Part shown: positions 48,184 through 60,621 of the stretch, in pieces | Position numbering within the stretch: the stretch's first letter is position 1 | Layout: each line of letters starts with the position of its first letter | NCBI RefSeq assembly: GCF_001447785.1 | Contig: NW_015163618.1 | Coordinates: 505,942 to 569,941, forward strand | Length of the DNA: 64,000 nucleotides | Source of the DNA: Gekko japonicus | Taxonomy: Eukaryota | Direction of reading: 5' to 3' | Translations under genes and position numbers: made by a program | The notes under the pieces: generated by a model | Database searches by the model: none | What the model was told of the DNA's origin: nothing | The model's input: the letters and a program-made list of their open reading frames with translations, nothing else

Positions 48184-48254
48184 AAATGACTGCAGAGTAT
48201 GCTTGTACTAGAAAACAGTTCAATAAGAAGCTGAGTGAATTTGGATTAATTCAG
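48184..48254 (+). CDS. ACAD9: ACAD9 exon 10 ([24 protein letters not shown])
   Basis: aag|AA ATG...CAG|gtaact; 71 nt. Confidence 0.95.
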
Positions 48255-48600
48255 GTAACTGAGAAATTGTGGCTTTTAGCTGTCTTTTGTCCAGTTCAGA
48301 ATAAAAGTTTGTAATCTTTTATTTTAAAAATGGGTTACATACTGTTATCAATATAGAAGTGTGTAGAGTTGGTTTAAAATTGTATAAAATCTACGCATGC
48401 TTGGAGGTCATGAATAAAACAAATTACTGATTCATTTGTGTACTTTAGGGGAAAATGTGCCAAGCACCAAATATTTTAAATTTAGGAAATATATTGCTGT
48501 TGAACATCCTGCATTGTATTGGTTTCTGAATTGCAATTGCCATCTCTCCAGAAGGTTTAAAGATGAAGGGTGTTTCATTGAATTGTTGCTCTTTTATCAG

Positions 48601-48720
48601 GAAAAAATTGCCCTTATGGCTCAGAAAGCATATGTAATGGAGAGCATGGCATACCTGACTGCGGGGCTGATGGACAAACCAGGGGTTCCAGATTGTTCAG
48701 TTGAAGCAGCCATGGTTAAG
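48601..48720 (+). CDS. ACAD9: ACAD9 exon 11 ([40 protein letters not shown])
   Basis: cag|GAA...AAG|gtacgt; 120 nt. Confidence 0.95.
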
Positions 48721-49644
48721 GTACGTTTTTCTGAAACACTGGTATCTGTACTAAGTCTATGTATTCATTTACTTTACTTATAGACTGCCTTCCTTCCTGA
48801 GACTCAGAACAGATTGCACACTGGAAACTGACTACAGTTCATACAAAGAGAAACATTCTATACACAGAACACAGTGTAGGTCCATACGGTCAGTATGAGG
48901 AGACATCAAATGAGTAATATACTAGGACTAGGATTATGAAGATCTGAATGATACAGAGTGTGGATATAATGCAGAAAAATGGTATTACATCAGTAGAAAA
49001 CAATGAAACAACAACGTGATACATTTAGCAAAGCTGATATGTCCTATATACAGTGGAATAATCTGCAGTCCGTTTTCCTTTATAAAGCACCTTCTTGAAC
49101 TATGTTCTTATAGCTGCTGACTTTGTAGGTGAGCTTTCCTGAACTATTCCAATTTACATAATTCACAGAATAACAGGAATGTGGGACCTTCCTGACTTTT
49201 CAGTCAGACCATTCCACAAAGGGGGCCACAACAGATAAAGCAAATATATGGGTGGTTGTTGAACCTGCCCATTTTCAGGGTGGTACCTGCAGAAGCCCCT
49301 GAACAGGTGAGTGGAGCTGGCATGGCAGAACGTAGGAGGAGGGGTGCTCTTGTGTATTTATTAAAATATTCCACCTTTCATCCCAACAGAGGAAGCTCAA
49401 AGCAAAATGCTTGATGTTATGATGGGCAGGGTGATGATATTGTATTGTCTGTTTCAGAACTAGAGCTGTTCCATCTCATTTGCATGGGATACTTATCATT
49501 GAAAGGGAATCTATGTAGTGTTGGGTTGGGGAGCAGTTAGGCACATTGCAGTGATGTTTTCAAAAGCAGTTCTTTCCTGTTTCTCTGTGAATGAATGTCA
49601 GTTATTCCCTCAGATGGGAAAAAGCTAAAGGAGTGCACCTGGGC

Positions 49645-50252
49645 CAATTTGGTGGTTCGAACGTCAGACTTGGGCTGGGGAGGCCCAGGTTAAAAATCAG
49701 CACTCAGTCATGAAGCTTACTGATTTATTGATTGATTGAAATTTATATCACGCCCTACCCCTCAAACAGGCTCAAAGTGACTTACATCCAATGTTCCCTC
49801 TAAGCTGAGTTAGTGTGAGCTAGCTCACAGTTTTTTAGCCTCCGGCTCACATCTTTTTGTCTTAGCTCAGGAAGGATCACTCCAGAGCAAACAAATTTAT
49901 GCCGTAGCCAAATCACTCGCTCACAACTTTAATGCCAGTAGCTCACAAAATGGAATTTTTGCTCACAAGACTCCACAGCTTAGAGGGAGCATTGCTTACA
50001 TCATGTCAGACAATTAGACCATTCCATAAAACATAAAATCAATTAAAAATATTAATTCCAACAAAGTTAAAATTTAAATGACTAATTTAAAATTCCTAAC
50101 TGGCAGCTCAGCACCGCGGTTAGTTACATTTCAGTGACCCTGGCTAGTCACATTCTCTCAGCCTAACAGACACAATTTCTTCTGTGGCGATAAAATTCTG
50201 GGGAGAACCATTTGTACCATCTTGAGCTTCTTGGCGGAAGGATGAGATAAAA
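49645..50252 (+). mobile_element. MIR-like SINE interrupted by an antisense L2-type 3' fragment (~49723-50130)
   Basis: SINE halves ...CATGAAGCTTACTG | AGTGACCCTGGCTAGTCACATTCTCTCAGCCTAAC; the insert starts ATTTATTGATTGATTG..TTTATATCACGCCCT..GGCTCAAAGTGACTTAC. Confidence 0.65.
49789..49994. mobile_element. hAT MITE, 206 bp
   Basis: TIRs CAATGTTCCCTCTAAGCTG / CAGCTTAGAGGGAGCATTG; perfect 8-bp TSD CTTACATC (49781-49788, 49995-50002). Confidence 0.92.
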
Positions 50253-50384
50253 AGCTGATCAGTAGGTCAGAGCTAAATCTGCTGTGGGTGATACCAGGTA
50301 TATGACTTGCCAGTCCCTAAAGGTTTGCTGATGTGGAGCCATTTATTTCTCCTGTGAATTAGTGTATGGGAATAATGTGGTGGT

Positions 50385-50940
50385 TTTGTTTGTTTATTTA
50401 TTATATTTATACCCTGCCCTCCCAGCCATGGCCGGCTCAGGGTGGCTTACAATAACGTAAAAAACTACAATGCATAAAATAGCAATCTTAAAACCATAAC
50501 AATAACAATATTAAAATATGCTAACAATAATCAATTTCCAATAACAGATATCAATTTAACATTGCGTCTAAGATGGCGCTCAACTACCATGCCATCCTAA
50601 TGGTCGATCTTGATCTGACATCATATAGGTGGCTCAGGCTGCTTTAAGATTTCCAGGGGCAGGTCATTCTCCCCCGGGGGCAGCTCCTAATCGAACGCCT
50701 GGTGGAAAAGCTACGTTTTGTAGGCCCTGCGGAACTGCATAAGGTCCCACAGGGCACTGATCTCCTCCGGGAGCTTGTTCCACCAGAGCGGAGCCACCAC
50801 CGAGAAAGCCCTGGCCCTGGTTGTAGCCAGCCTGGCATCCTTTGGCCCGGGAAGTGTGAGTCGATGTTGAGACCCTGATCGCAGTGCTCTCTGGGAAACG
50901 TGGGGAAAGGCGGTCCCTCCGGTGTGTAAGTCCCTGGCCA
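50385..50940 (-). mobile_element. L2 LINE 3' fragment
   Basis: RALRSGSQHRLTLPGPKDARLATTRARAFSVVAPLWWNKLPEEI..FRRAYKT; 3' end GTAAGCCACCCTGAG..GGGCAGGGTATAAAT. Confidence 0.85.
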
Positions 50941-51260
50941 AAGTGCAAGTGACACAGTTAGGAGGAGGACTACAACACCTTTCCCCTCCTTTTGACTGTA
51001 ACCCACATTGCAGGATGTTAATTTTGTTCTAGAGAGCTTAGTGGTGGCCACAGCGAATTCATCCTGCTCCCTGTCTACGGAGTCTGCCTTTTCTTCTACT
51101 TAGCCCCAACTTGGGCTTTATTTTTTGATCACATTAAAATGTGACAGCACTTAGAGGAATCTAAGAATAGCGGGAACTGGTTTCCTTGTACTCTGAAATT
51201 AAAAGAGGACATGGCGGCTATTTCTGCAATAATAATTTGGGTTGCTTTGCTTACTGGCAG

Positions 51261-51389
51261 GTGTTTAGTTCTGAAAGTGCATGGGTTTGTGTCAGTGAAG
51301 CCTTACAAATCCTTGGTGGCCTTGGTTACATGAAAGATTATCCATATGAGCGCTATCTCCGGGACTGCAGGATACTTCTAATTTTTGAG
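51261..51389 (+). CDS. ACAD9: ACAD9 exon 12 ([43 protein letters not shown]), GC donor
   Basis: cag|GTG...GAG|gcaagt; 129 nt; continues in frame with GTNE in exon 13. Confidence 0.93.
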
Positions 51390-53677
51390 GCAAGTATTAC
51401 TTCTCCTGTTATCTAGTTTTAGTTTACTAGCATAAAACTGGGGAAGAAGTACATGATGCTCTAATGACCAGTGTCATTGGATCTCTCCCCTATCCCAGAT
51501 ACAGTCCTGTGTTTGATACCTTTTATTATGAGGTGGTTGCCATGGCATATAGATTGTGGAAGGTGGCTCTACCCCACTGGCCATGCATAGGATGCCAGGG
51601 TAGCAGCTGCTCTGTAAGTTAATGCTTGCTCTGTCACAGCAGCCAGAGCACACCATTTGGACTGGTGTGCCTGATATTTCAAAAATGACATCTGTGCATT
51701 TCCCTCTAGTCATTGATGTTGACCCATTCACTTTGGAACCATTTTGCCTTGCTTGTTGGAACAAAAGCAATTAAGTGTTGCAGCAGAGACCCCTGTTTAA
51801 AAGGTGTTTTGTTTACCAGCTCAGTGGGATTCATAGATGCAGAACAGGATTAGGAGCATGAGAAATACATAAGCCCATGGACTAAACTGCAGCATGCAGA
51901 CCTGGCTGGGAGGGCTTCTTGACCCCCCAGGGTCTGCTTGAGGTGGGGACAAAGACAGAGGATCAGCCGAGGAGGTAGGAGCTAAGTACTCTGCCCCACC
52001 TCGGCCAGTCCTGGGCTGGCTTCTCCTGCAACTCAGTTTAAATTGAGCTGCAAGAGGAGCCCACCAGCTATTCAGTATTGCTGGATATACCAAAATAAAA
52101 GCAAAAAAATAAAATAAATAAATGACTGTATGCGGGCTCAGCTATCCCGGTAGCCAGTCAGATTCTCTGATCTGTATTTGGTTTAAATAGTGCCTGAAAA
52201 ATACCGATACAGCATTTTCCAGGTATGTTTTTGGCTCAGTTTATGCTGAATGTACATCCCTAATAGTAAATGGGGGAAGGTAAAAACGTCAAATACTCTG
52301 TAGACTCTGAAGTTTTCATATTTCTGTATTCACTAGTTACTGGGACTAAAATTTGGAAGAAACTGTTAAGCAGTGTTTGGCCATCCAGGTTCACCAGGCC
52401 ATCAGATGATCCACTTTCATCGATTAGTTGATATCAGCAGCTCTAGCTTGGATCTAAATGCTCACAAATGCGTTTGCTGCCAAGCATAATTTTGCTTATA
52501 ATTAAAAGCTAATGTGTAAAGTGCTTCCGTTTTACTTGCCATACCCAGTCAATGTATATAATAATTTTAATTAGCTAGTTCAGCCATCTGTTCACTTTGA
52601 AAGGTTTAATTGCCATAGCAACACCTACTAAAAGCATAGTGCTCTTAGTCTATCAGAATTTTATTATATCTTTCGAAATCGAACACTTTTAAAATGTAGG
52701 TGCTTTGCTTCTAGGACTTTACACAGGTGTCAAATTGTTCTTTCAGCTTCCAGGTTTTGGAACATTTATGTTGCCTGCTTTACACATAAGCTACATGATT
52801 TCTTGATGTGTACCTTAAGAAAAAAAGTGCTATGCTGGAAACTTTGCAAAACTACCGTGAGCTCTCCCTTTGCTTGCCAGATAATTGCAGACAGAAAATT
52901 GTTAGTGTGTCACACAACCATATAATAGAATCTGAGAATGATAAAAGGATTAAAACCAGTATTGTTGTTCCTTCCAACATGGTGTTCTATGTCATCAATT
53001 TCAATATTTCAAAGTCTTATTAAATATAATTATTTAATAACAACTTCTGTGTTACTCCCAGTTTGAAGAGGGATTGGGGCGAGCTCACCTGGAAGGCATT
53101 TAAAGGGACTTTAAAGGCCTTCTAAGTTCTCCAAGCTGTGGAGTCGCACAGCTTGAAGAAGGCATTTAAAGGGATTGCAAAATGGGGACACCTTTGGGGG
53201 CCCATAGAATTGGTTATAATGGAGTTGAAAATATTTGGGAAATTCTGATATTTTTGCGTTCAAAATTCTGATATTTTTCAGGCACACCCCTAATCTACAT
53301 CTTCAGATAAGTTTCAGTAATCAACAGCAGGAAGAATTCCATCTGCTAGAAAAATCACTATTAGCTAAAATCAGCCTTTCTCATAGTTTTTCTCAAATGT
53401 GTACAACTTGTGCCCCTCATCCTAGAGATTCTACGTCATGTTTCATGCTGATTAGTCATATTGTCTTGATATATATGTATAATTAAATTGATTTTAACTG
53501 AGAATGCTTTGTGTCTGAACTATATAACAACTCCTGTGGTTTTATGCTGATAAGGATTTTCATTCTTACAATCATCTAATTGCAACTTCTTGAGGGAAAT
53601 AACACCGCATACACTAGTAAATAACTGTTTGGCAAATTCATGTTTAGATAGTCTAAAGAAAATCTGATCTTTTTCAG

Positions 53678-53757
53678 GGAACAAATGAAGTTCTACGAAT
53701 GTATATAGCTTTGACGGGAATGCAGCATGCAGGCAAAATCTTAACTGAAAAGATCAA
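53678..53757 (+). CDS. ACAD9: ACAD9 exon 13 ([26 protein letters not shown])
   Basis: cag|GGA...ATC AA|gtatgt; 80 nt. Confidence 0.95.
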
Positions 53758-54581
53758 GTATGTCCAGTTTTGAAACAAACCTCATAGATGAATAACTGTC
53801 AAATGCAAAATAGGAATTATTAGTAGATGTTAACAGATATAGAAGGGAGGATTGGACCAAGATTTTGTTAAATTTTAATTTAACTGCTCTCATTTTTTAT
53901 AGAGTAAAGAATTCCATAGATTCCTTATTTGATATATTTATGTAGTTCCTTTCTGCTGTTGCATTCAAGGTAGTTTACAGTTCAAGATAACTGCCTACAC
54001 TAGAATGCAGGCTACACAAAAAGAAAGGTGGTCAGGAAAGAAAGAAGGCAAGAATTAAATCTCAATATAAACTCTTTTAAAATAGAAATTAAGAGAACAT
54101 GCTACAACATTGTGTGTTCACTACAAACGTCCTGTTCTGATTTCATTAGGAAATACCACCAAAAAGACACTTGGACCCAGTTGGTAAATTACAGTTTTGT
54201 AAATTACAAATCTTGTAAATTTTGTAAATTACAGTAATTGCAGTTGTGGTGTGCCTTTCTTGTTGTTTACATATGCAAGCCTCCTTGAAATCAATATAGG
54301 TTACACAGCAGCAGTTCTGAATATTTTGAGATCTCACTGCCATCTCTTGATTGTTAATGTGCAAGCAGTAGTGGCATGCTAAGCACATTCACCCAGTGGA
54401 TGAGTTGACTGAGGCACCATTGCCATTGGTGTCTGAAGAGTGGGAAGCTTTACATGTAGAGAATTTTGTACAAATGGAAATTATTTGGAATAAAATTGGA
54501 AGAATTTTTTGCGGAAATGGTTTCTGCCATTAAACTGTACAATTAACTATTTATAAAAGAGACTGATTAATTTTGGAGAAA

Positions 54582-54648
54582 TTTTCATAAGTTTGTCATA
54601 AGTTTGTTTTTCATAAGTTTGTCATAAGTTTGTTTTTCATAAGTTTGT
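54582..54648 (+). repeat. Short tandem repeat, TCATAAGTTTG x5 (26-bp higher-order unit x2.5)
   Basis: TTTTCATAAGTTTGTCATAAGTTTGT repeated perfectly. Confidence 0.9.
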
Positions 54649-54673
54649 CCCTATATATTTTTTAACCCTACAG

Positions 54674-54800
54674 GGAAATCAAGAAGGGAAATGTTGGCAC
54701 GGCATTTGGAATGTTTATTGACAGGCTCCATGACAGCATTGGCCGAAAAGTAGATTTAGGACTTGTTGGTAAAGATGGAGTAGTACATCCCAGTCTAGAA
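54674..54800 (+). CDS. ACAD9: ACAD9 exon 14 (KEIKKGNVGTAFGMFIDRLHDSIGRKVDLGLVGKDGVVHPSLE)
   Basis: cag|G GAA...GAA|gtaagt; 127 nt. Confidence 0.93.
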
Positions 54801-55899
54801 GTAAGTTTTGCATGCAGGTATTGTCGTATCTAAAAGAGTGGTTTTTATTTTCCAAAACTGTGTTTCTCAAAATACTAGGTTTTTGATTTTTAGTGCCAAT
54901 TCAGTGTCAAATTCCTCCATGAGATCATGTATACAGATACATACCTGGGTTGACAAATGCTAGTGTGAGCTAGGCTGTACACACTCTTGTGTAGCTTCCC
55001 TGCATGGACGTCTGCTTTCCTCCACAGGATTGTTTACCACATCCACGGTTGCATGGTAGAAATGGCTGCTGTCAGGTTATCCTTGGAATTTTATTCATGG
55101 AACTAAAGCCAGTCTTTGCAGCCTTCATGGTGTGACAAATGGTCTGTCCAGGGGAGCTGCCTCCGCCAGAGGCTTGTTTTTCTTCAGTCCAAAGCACTCT
55201 CCAGTATTTTATTTTAACTGTTAAAATTGAGTCCTTTTTTGGGGGTCCAGTTTTCCCTTCCTTCTTTCCAAGCAGAACACTAACCCTAACTAAAGATCAG
55301 CATGCAGCAGTGGGTACAAAATGACAGAATATCTAACATTAGCCTTTTGATTTCTCATAACTACTCTTCGAGAGTGCATGCTTTTGTCACACATGTCTTC
55401 AGAGAAAGTCCTGAGCCTGTTCTCATGAGCATTGTGCCATTTAGGTTGTTACGCCCTGTTATGCCTCTTGGCACACCTCGTCTTCCCACTGTCTGCTTCA
55501 GCTACTCTGAACTGTATCATTCACACTGTAATCTATAATGGCACAAGGTTTGATTTGTGGGAAGATCAATAGCAACTGTGAGGTTTCTTCTCCAGCTATG
55601 ACACTGATACTTACTTTTTTGTCCTGTTCAGATCCAGGTGAGAGCTGGCATTTGGACTGTAGTGCTGAAGTGTGATTTGTTTTTTTGGCGGGGTCTTTGT
55701 ATCACCTGCTGGATGGGAATGTGTTTGGTGGAGTAGAATGGGACAGGGGATGGTGCCACAATGAATAGGGTGTGGGGAAGGGGAAATGTGGTGGTGGAAG
55801 AACAACAGGTGAAGGAAAGGGACCTCAGACATTTGTGAGCTGCTGCCCCTTCTGATTCTTCATCCAGCTAGGGTGATGCTGATGACCATATCAACATCC

Positions 55900-58800
55900 T
55901 GCTTGAACTATAACAACATGATTTAAATGCTAGGTCAATTACAGGCAAAACAGCAGCCATCCAGGTTTTAATTCTGGAAGAGGGGGCTGACCTGGCATAT
56001 ATCACTGAGACTTGATTGGGGGAGGGGAAATGGGGTTAACCTCTCTCAACTGTGCTCCTTGGGATACTCAGTGATGCCTCAGTATAGGCCTGGCAGGCAT
56101 GGAGGAGTTGTTGCTATAGTCGGTTGAGATTCTTCTCCCCTGCCTTGATGCCCTTCTTGGGCATTTTTGAGAATGTGTATCTAGTATTGGGAATTTGAGA
56201 TAGGACTGGAATTTTGTTGGTGTACCACCCACCCTGCGGCCCAATCTGTCTCCCTGCCTGAGCTGGTGTTGAAGACTCCTAGGCTAGTTGGGGAGGGGGC
56301 AAACATCCATGGAAGACTACCCTGTTAGGAGTGACTCAGAATTTCATGTTCTTCATGACGACCATGGGCCTGTCTCAGGGAATAACAGGCCCCATACACT
56401 GTGCAGGTCACACTCTTGATCTGGTGTTCTGCTGTGGGAAGAAGACGATCTGAAGTTGGGGAAGTTAAAGATAGTCCCCTCCTGTCATGGTCAGATCACT
56501 ACTTTTTGGGGCTTAGGCCCAGAGGGATACCAAGACTCCTCAGGGGTGGGGGATCCATTTAGATGATCTGCCTCCATAGCCTGATGGATACAACTGGTTT
56601 TCAGATGGCATTAGGAGATGTTCCTGCTGCTATGGTTGTCACTCCTGTTGATGCCCTGGCTGACCTCTGGAATGAGGAAATGAAATGATCGCTCCTAGGT
56701 GTTCTCTCTCAAGTCTAAGAGCCCAGGCAGCCCCTTGATTTATTGAAGGACTGTGGATGATGAAAAGACAATGAAGGCGCCTAGAGCAACTATAGAGAAA
56801 GTCCTGGAATGAATCCAACAAGGAACAGGCTAGAACTCATTGTAAAGTCTACTCTGTGGCAGTGATGGTGGCAACAAAGCACATGTCTCCACCATTGTTG
56901 CATTTGTATAGTGTCTTCCAGGTGGTTAGGGCCTATTGGGTTCCAGCCTACAGGAGGAGGTAGTCTGCTGTGCAGCCCACTGTGATCATTTTGCTAAGCG
57001 TTTTGCAAATAAAGTATGTGGCATTTGTCCCATCTTGGACTCCACATTAGCAGTGACAGGATTGGATGGTCTCAGGATGGCAATGTCTCCAGTTGTATTG
57101 GGTATCTTCCAATATGTCCAGTCTGAGGTTGTGGACAAGATTCTTGGAAGTTTGAAATCTATCACCTGCTTTTATGACCCATGCCCCTCCTGGCTCCTTA
57201 AATCTGTGCGGAGGGCAGGGCACTCGGTTCAGGAGACAGTGCCTCCCTGAGAGGAGGTGGTCACCCCTGTCTTGAAATGGGCAGTGGTTCATCCACTCCT
57301 AAAGAAACCTACTCTGGACCCAGGAGAGTTGAATAAGTACCATCCAGTCTCAAATGTACCATTCTTGAGCCAGGTGATTGACCGAAAGGCTGCTGGGCAA
57401 CTTTAGGGATTCCTACCTGGAGCAGACTGTTTGGATTCATTTCAACCTGGTTTTGGGTCACATGGTTGCCCTGGTGGATGACCTGCACTGGGAGATGGAC
57501 CAGGGGACTGCAACCCTGGTCATTCTCCTGGGCTTTTCAGTGACTTTTGACACTATCAGTCATGATACCCTTCTGGAACACTTTTCAGTGTTGGGACTGG
57601 GAGGCCCTGTTTTGCAGTGGTTTTGGCCCTACTTCAAAGTTAGGTTTCAGAGTGCGGTGCTGGGGACTGCTGCTCTGCCCCTTGCTCTCTAGCCTACAAA
57701 CTCCCACAAGATTCTGTTTTGCCCCCGTGCTTTTCAACATTTACATAAAGCTGCTGGAAGAGGTCATCCAGAGAGCTCTGCTAAGTTGGCACCAATCTGC
57801 AGATGAGACTGAGCTCTATCTGACACTCCCAGCAGATCACCGGGAGGCTATAGAAACTCTGAATGGGTTCCTGGAGGGAGTTGTGGGATGGATGAAGGCT
57901 AACAAACTGAATCCCAACCAACTAGAGGTGCTACTGGTTGAGGAATCTGCTGTTCTGGCTGGTGTAACACTCCCCCTAAAGGAGGTTTGTAACTTGGAGG
58001 TACTGCTGGACCTAGGCTTCCTGTTGACCGAGTTCAGACTGGCAGTTTGCCCCAATATATGCGCGTTTCAGAAAAGTTCCACAACTGGATTAAATGGGCT
58101 GTTCACACAGGCACATCTGTCAGGTGTTCCCCACCCGTACGCAACCCATCTTGTAACGCTTCGCTCCCGAGTTTAAAAGATACCTGGTGAAAGTGGTAGC
58201 AAACCCTGGAAAGCGCAATTATCCCATGTCCATCCCGCACCAACAAAGTGTGAATGCCAAAAGCCACATTTTTCTTATGCACTCATGCGCATAAATGCAT
58301 CTCTCCAGATTACAAAAAAAGAAAGCCACACCTTACAGACGTGCCTCCGGACCAAGTGTGAATGCTCCCTTGCACCTCCTCCTGGTATGCTCCTGCATCA
58401 GTCGCTGCAGTGTGAACGGGAAAACTTGGAACAGTTTGTTCTGGGTCTTTTTTGCCACGACTCCCTCCCGCTTCAAACTGCCCGTCTGAAGTCAACCGTT
58501 GGATAAACAGGTGGCAGTAGTAGAGAGCCAGCTGCAGCCTTTCCTGGGTGGGAAAGATCTTGCCACTGTGATACATGTCCTGGTATTTAGATTACTGCAG
58601 CATACTGTCCGTGGAGCTGCCATTGGAATATGTCCATAAGCTACAGTAGATGCAGAATGCCACAAGGATGTTGACTGGAGTGGGGACCATATCACCTCAG
58701 TCTTATTCCATCTGCAGTGGCTCCTAGTTTGCTTCCGGGCCCAATTTAAGTTACTGGAATTGAACTTTAAAGCTCTACGTGGCTTGAAACCAGTATACCT

Positions 58801-59196
58801 AAAGGACCACTTTCTCTCATATGAACTTGCCCATCTACTCCCATTCATTTTCAGACACCCTCCTTTGGGTGCCCCTGCCACCTGAGGTTAGATGGGTGGC
58901 AACTTGAGAAAGGGCTTTCATCTTGGTGATGAAACTTTGAACTCCTTCCCCAGATTCATCTGTCTCCCTCTATCATTGTATTCTACCAGCAGGTGAAGGC
59001 CTTTTTGTTCTGTTCGGTGTACCCCAGTAACTGCTGGCCCTCCTCCCTTATTGTGTTACGTGTGTTTGTATGTTTTTATTGAATTACTTTTTAAAAAAAT
59101 TCTGTTTTAATGTTGAAAAGTTTTAATATTTTGATGTCTGCCGCCTCAGAAACCTTGTTTGGGTGGGAAAGCAGCACAAAACTGTTATAAATAAAT
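55900..59196 (+). mobile_element. Degenerate L2 LINE spanning most of ORF2 (APE plus RT remnants)
   Basis: LNARSI and ITET*L (APE); VILLGFSVTFDTISHDTLL, PVLFNIYIK, HQSADETELYL (RT); HITSVLFHLQWL; L2-type 3' end; many frameshifts. Confidence 0.85.
58026..58497. mobile_element. Harbinger-like non-autonomous element inserted in L2
   Basis: TIRs GACCGAGTTCAGACTGGCAGTTTG / CAAACTGCCCGTCTGAAGTCAACC; 3-bp TSD GTT; removing it restores L2 ...LLDKQVAVV. Confidence 0.8.
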
Positions 59197-59891
59197 ATCA
59201 CTAGAAATTGGAGTTTTGCCGGATACAGTAATAGTACATACATTTGCTGTTACAGCTAATGGTTCTTTACATGTTGACTGAAATAGCGGCCTCTCAGCAT
59301 TTCTCCAGTTTTTGAAACTTGTGCATTTGTTCTTGACAAAACAGGTGCTTGTAAAATAGCCTTTTCCCTGTGGCATTTCCCCTTATGAGAGACTTCTCGG
59401 CCATCTTTTTTGCAAAAGGCAATACTGACGTCACATTCGGCCTCCCACACTATCTCAGTGAAGCTAAAATGGGAGAGAGGAGAGGGTTGTAAGATGCTTT
59501 GGGTCCCAGTGGGGAGAGAGGTGGGGTATAAATAGAATAATTTACCTTTGCTTACTGTTCTGTTCCCCCCCCCCATACACACACACGTTTTAAGAGGAAA
59601 ACATATTTAGAGACATTTACTATAAAGCATAATACAGATCAAACAGAATGCTAAATGGTAATCTCCACTGTGGTCTGGCACACAGAAATTTCCTGCCAAA
59701 TGTTTTGGTAACACTGTATGCCACTCGTAGAGTAGGAAGCAACTGGAAGCCCACCCAGTCAAATCCAACTCCCAAATACTACCAGGTTCTCCCCACTTCA
59801 CCCGTACTAGTTGTTGACCTGTAGGCAAGAGGAGTTAAGGGAGTATTTGAGGATTCAAACATCCTGAGCATCACTTCGTTTTCTTTTGCAG

Positions 59892-59969
59892 GAAAGTGCC
59901 AAAAAACTTGAACAGAATGTGTACTATTTTGGAGTTACAGTAGAAGGCTTACTGAAAAGGTTTGGCAAG
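59892..59969 (+). CDS. ACAD9: ACAD9 exon 15 (ESAKKLEQNVYYFGVTVEGLLKRFGK)
   Basis: cag|GAA...AAG|gtaacc; 78 nt. Confidence 0.95.
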
Positions 59970-60492
59970 GTAACCAGGGTTTTCTGATAGGGAACCTAAC
60001 CAGATAGTCCTGCTACTAAAGAAGTGAGGTCTGACTCATGAAAGCTTATGCTGAAATAAACTTAATCTTCTTAAAGGTGTCACATGACTCACATGTATAC
60101 CCTTCTGAAATGTCGCTCAAAAATGAGTTCCATTTTCATTCTACAATAACGAAAGCTATAATGTGTATGCTTGAAAAACTCTCTTCTAGCCCAATAAATA
60201 ACCTTTCAAGCTGCAGGGCACCATAAAAACACACACACTTAAAGATCACGTGTCAGAAAGAAGAGAAAATCAATCTACGTTTATTCAATAATCTGAATGG
60301 TAGAGCAGCCTCTAGTACCGTGTAAAATGAAATAATACTACCATTTTTGCTCATTGGATATATGAATACAGATAAAAAAGGATTTGGTATCTTGATCTTT
60401 TGAAGCCTGCTTCATTGGGTGCTTCAGCAGTTCAGAACGATGACTGACTGAACTATTTGCATGCGTGCTTTCTTTGTTTTGTTTGGTGCCAG

Positions 60493-60621
60493 ACTATTGT
60501 GGATGAGCAGCTGGTTCTGAAGAGAGTGGCAAACATCCTCATTAATCTGTATGCAATGACAGCTGTTCTTTCCAGAGCTAGCCGATCCATCAGTATTGGT
60601 TTGCGGAATCATGATCATGAG
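60493..60621 (+). CDS. ACAD9: ACAD9 exon 16 ([43 protein letters not shown])
   Basis: cag|ACT...GAG|gtgagt; 129 nt. Confidence 0.96.
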
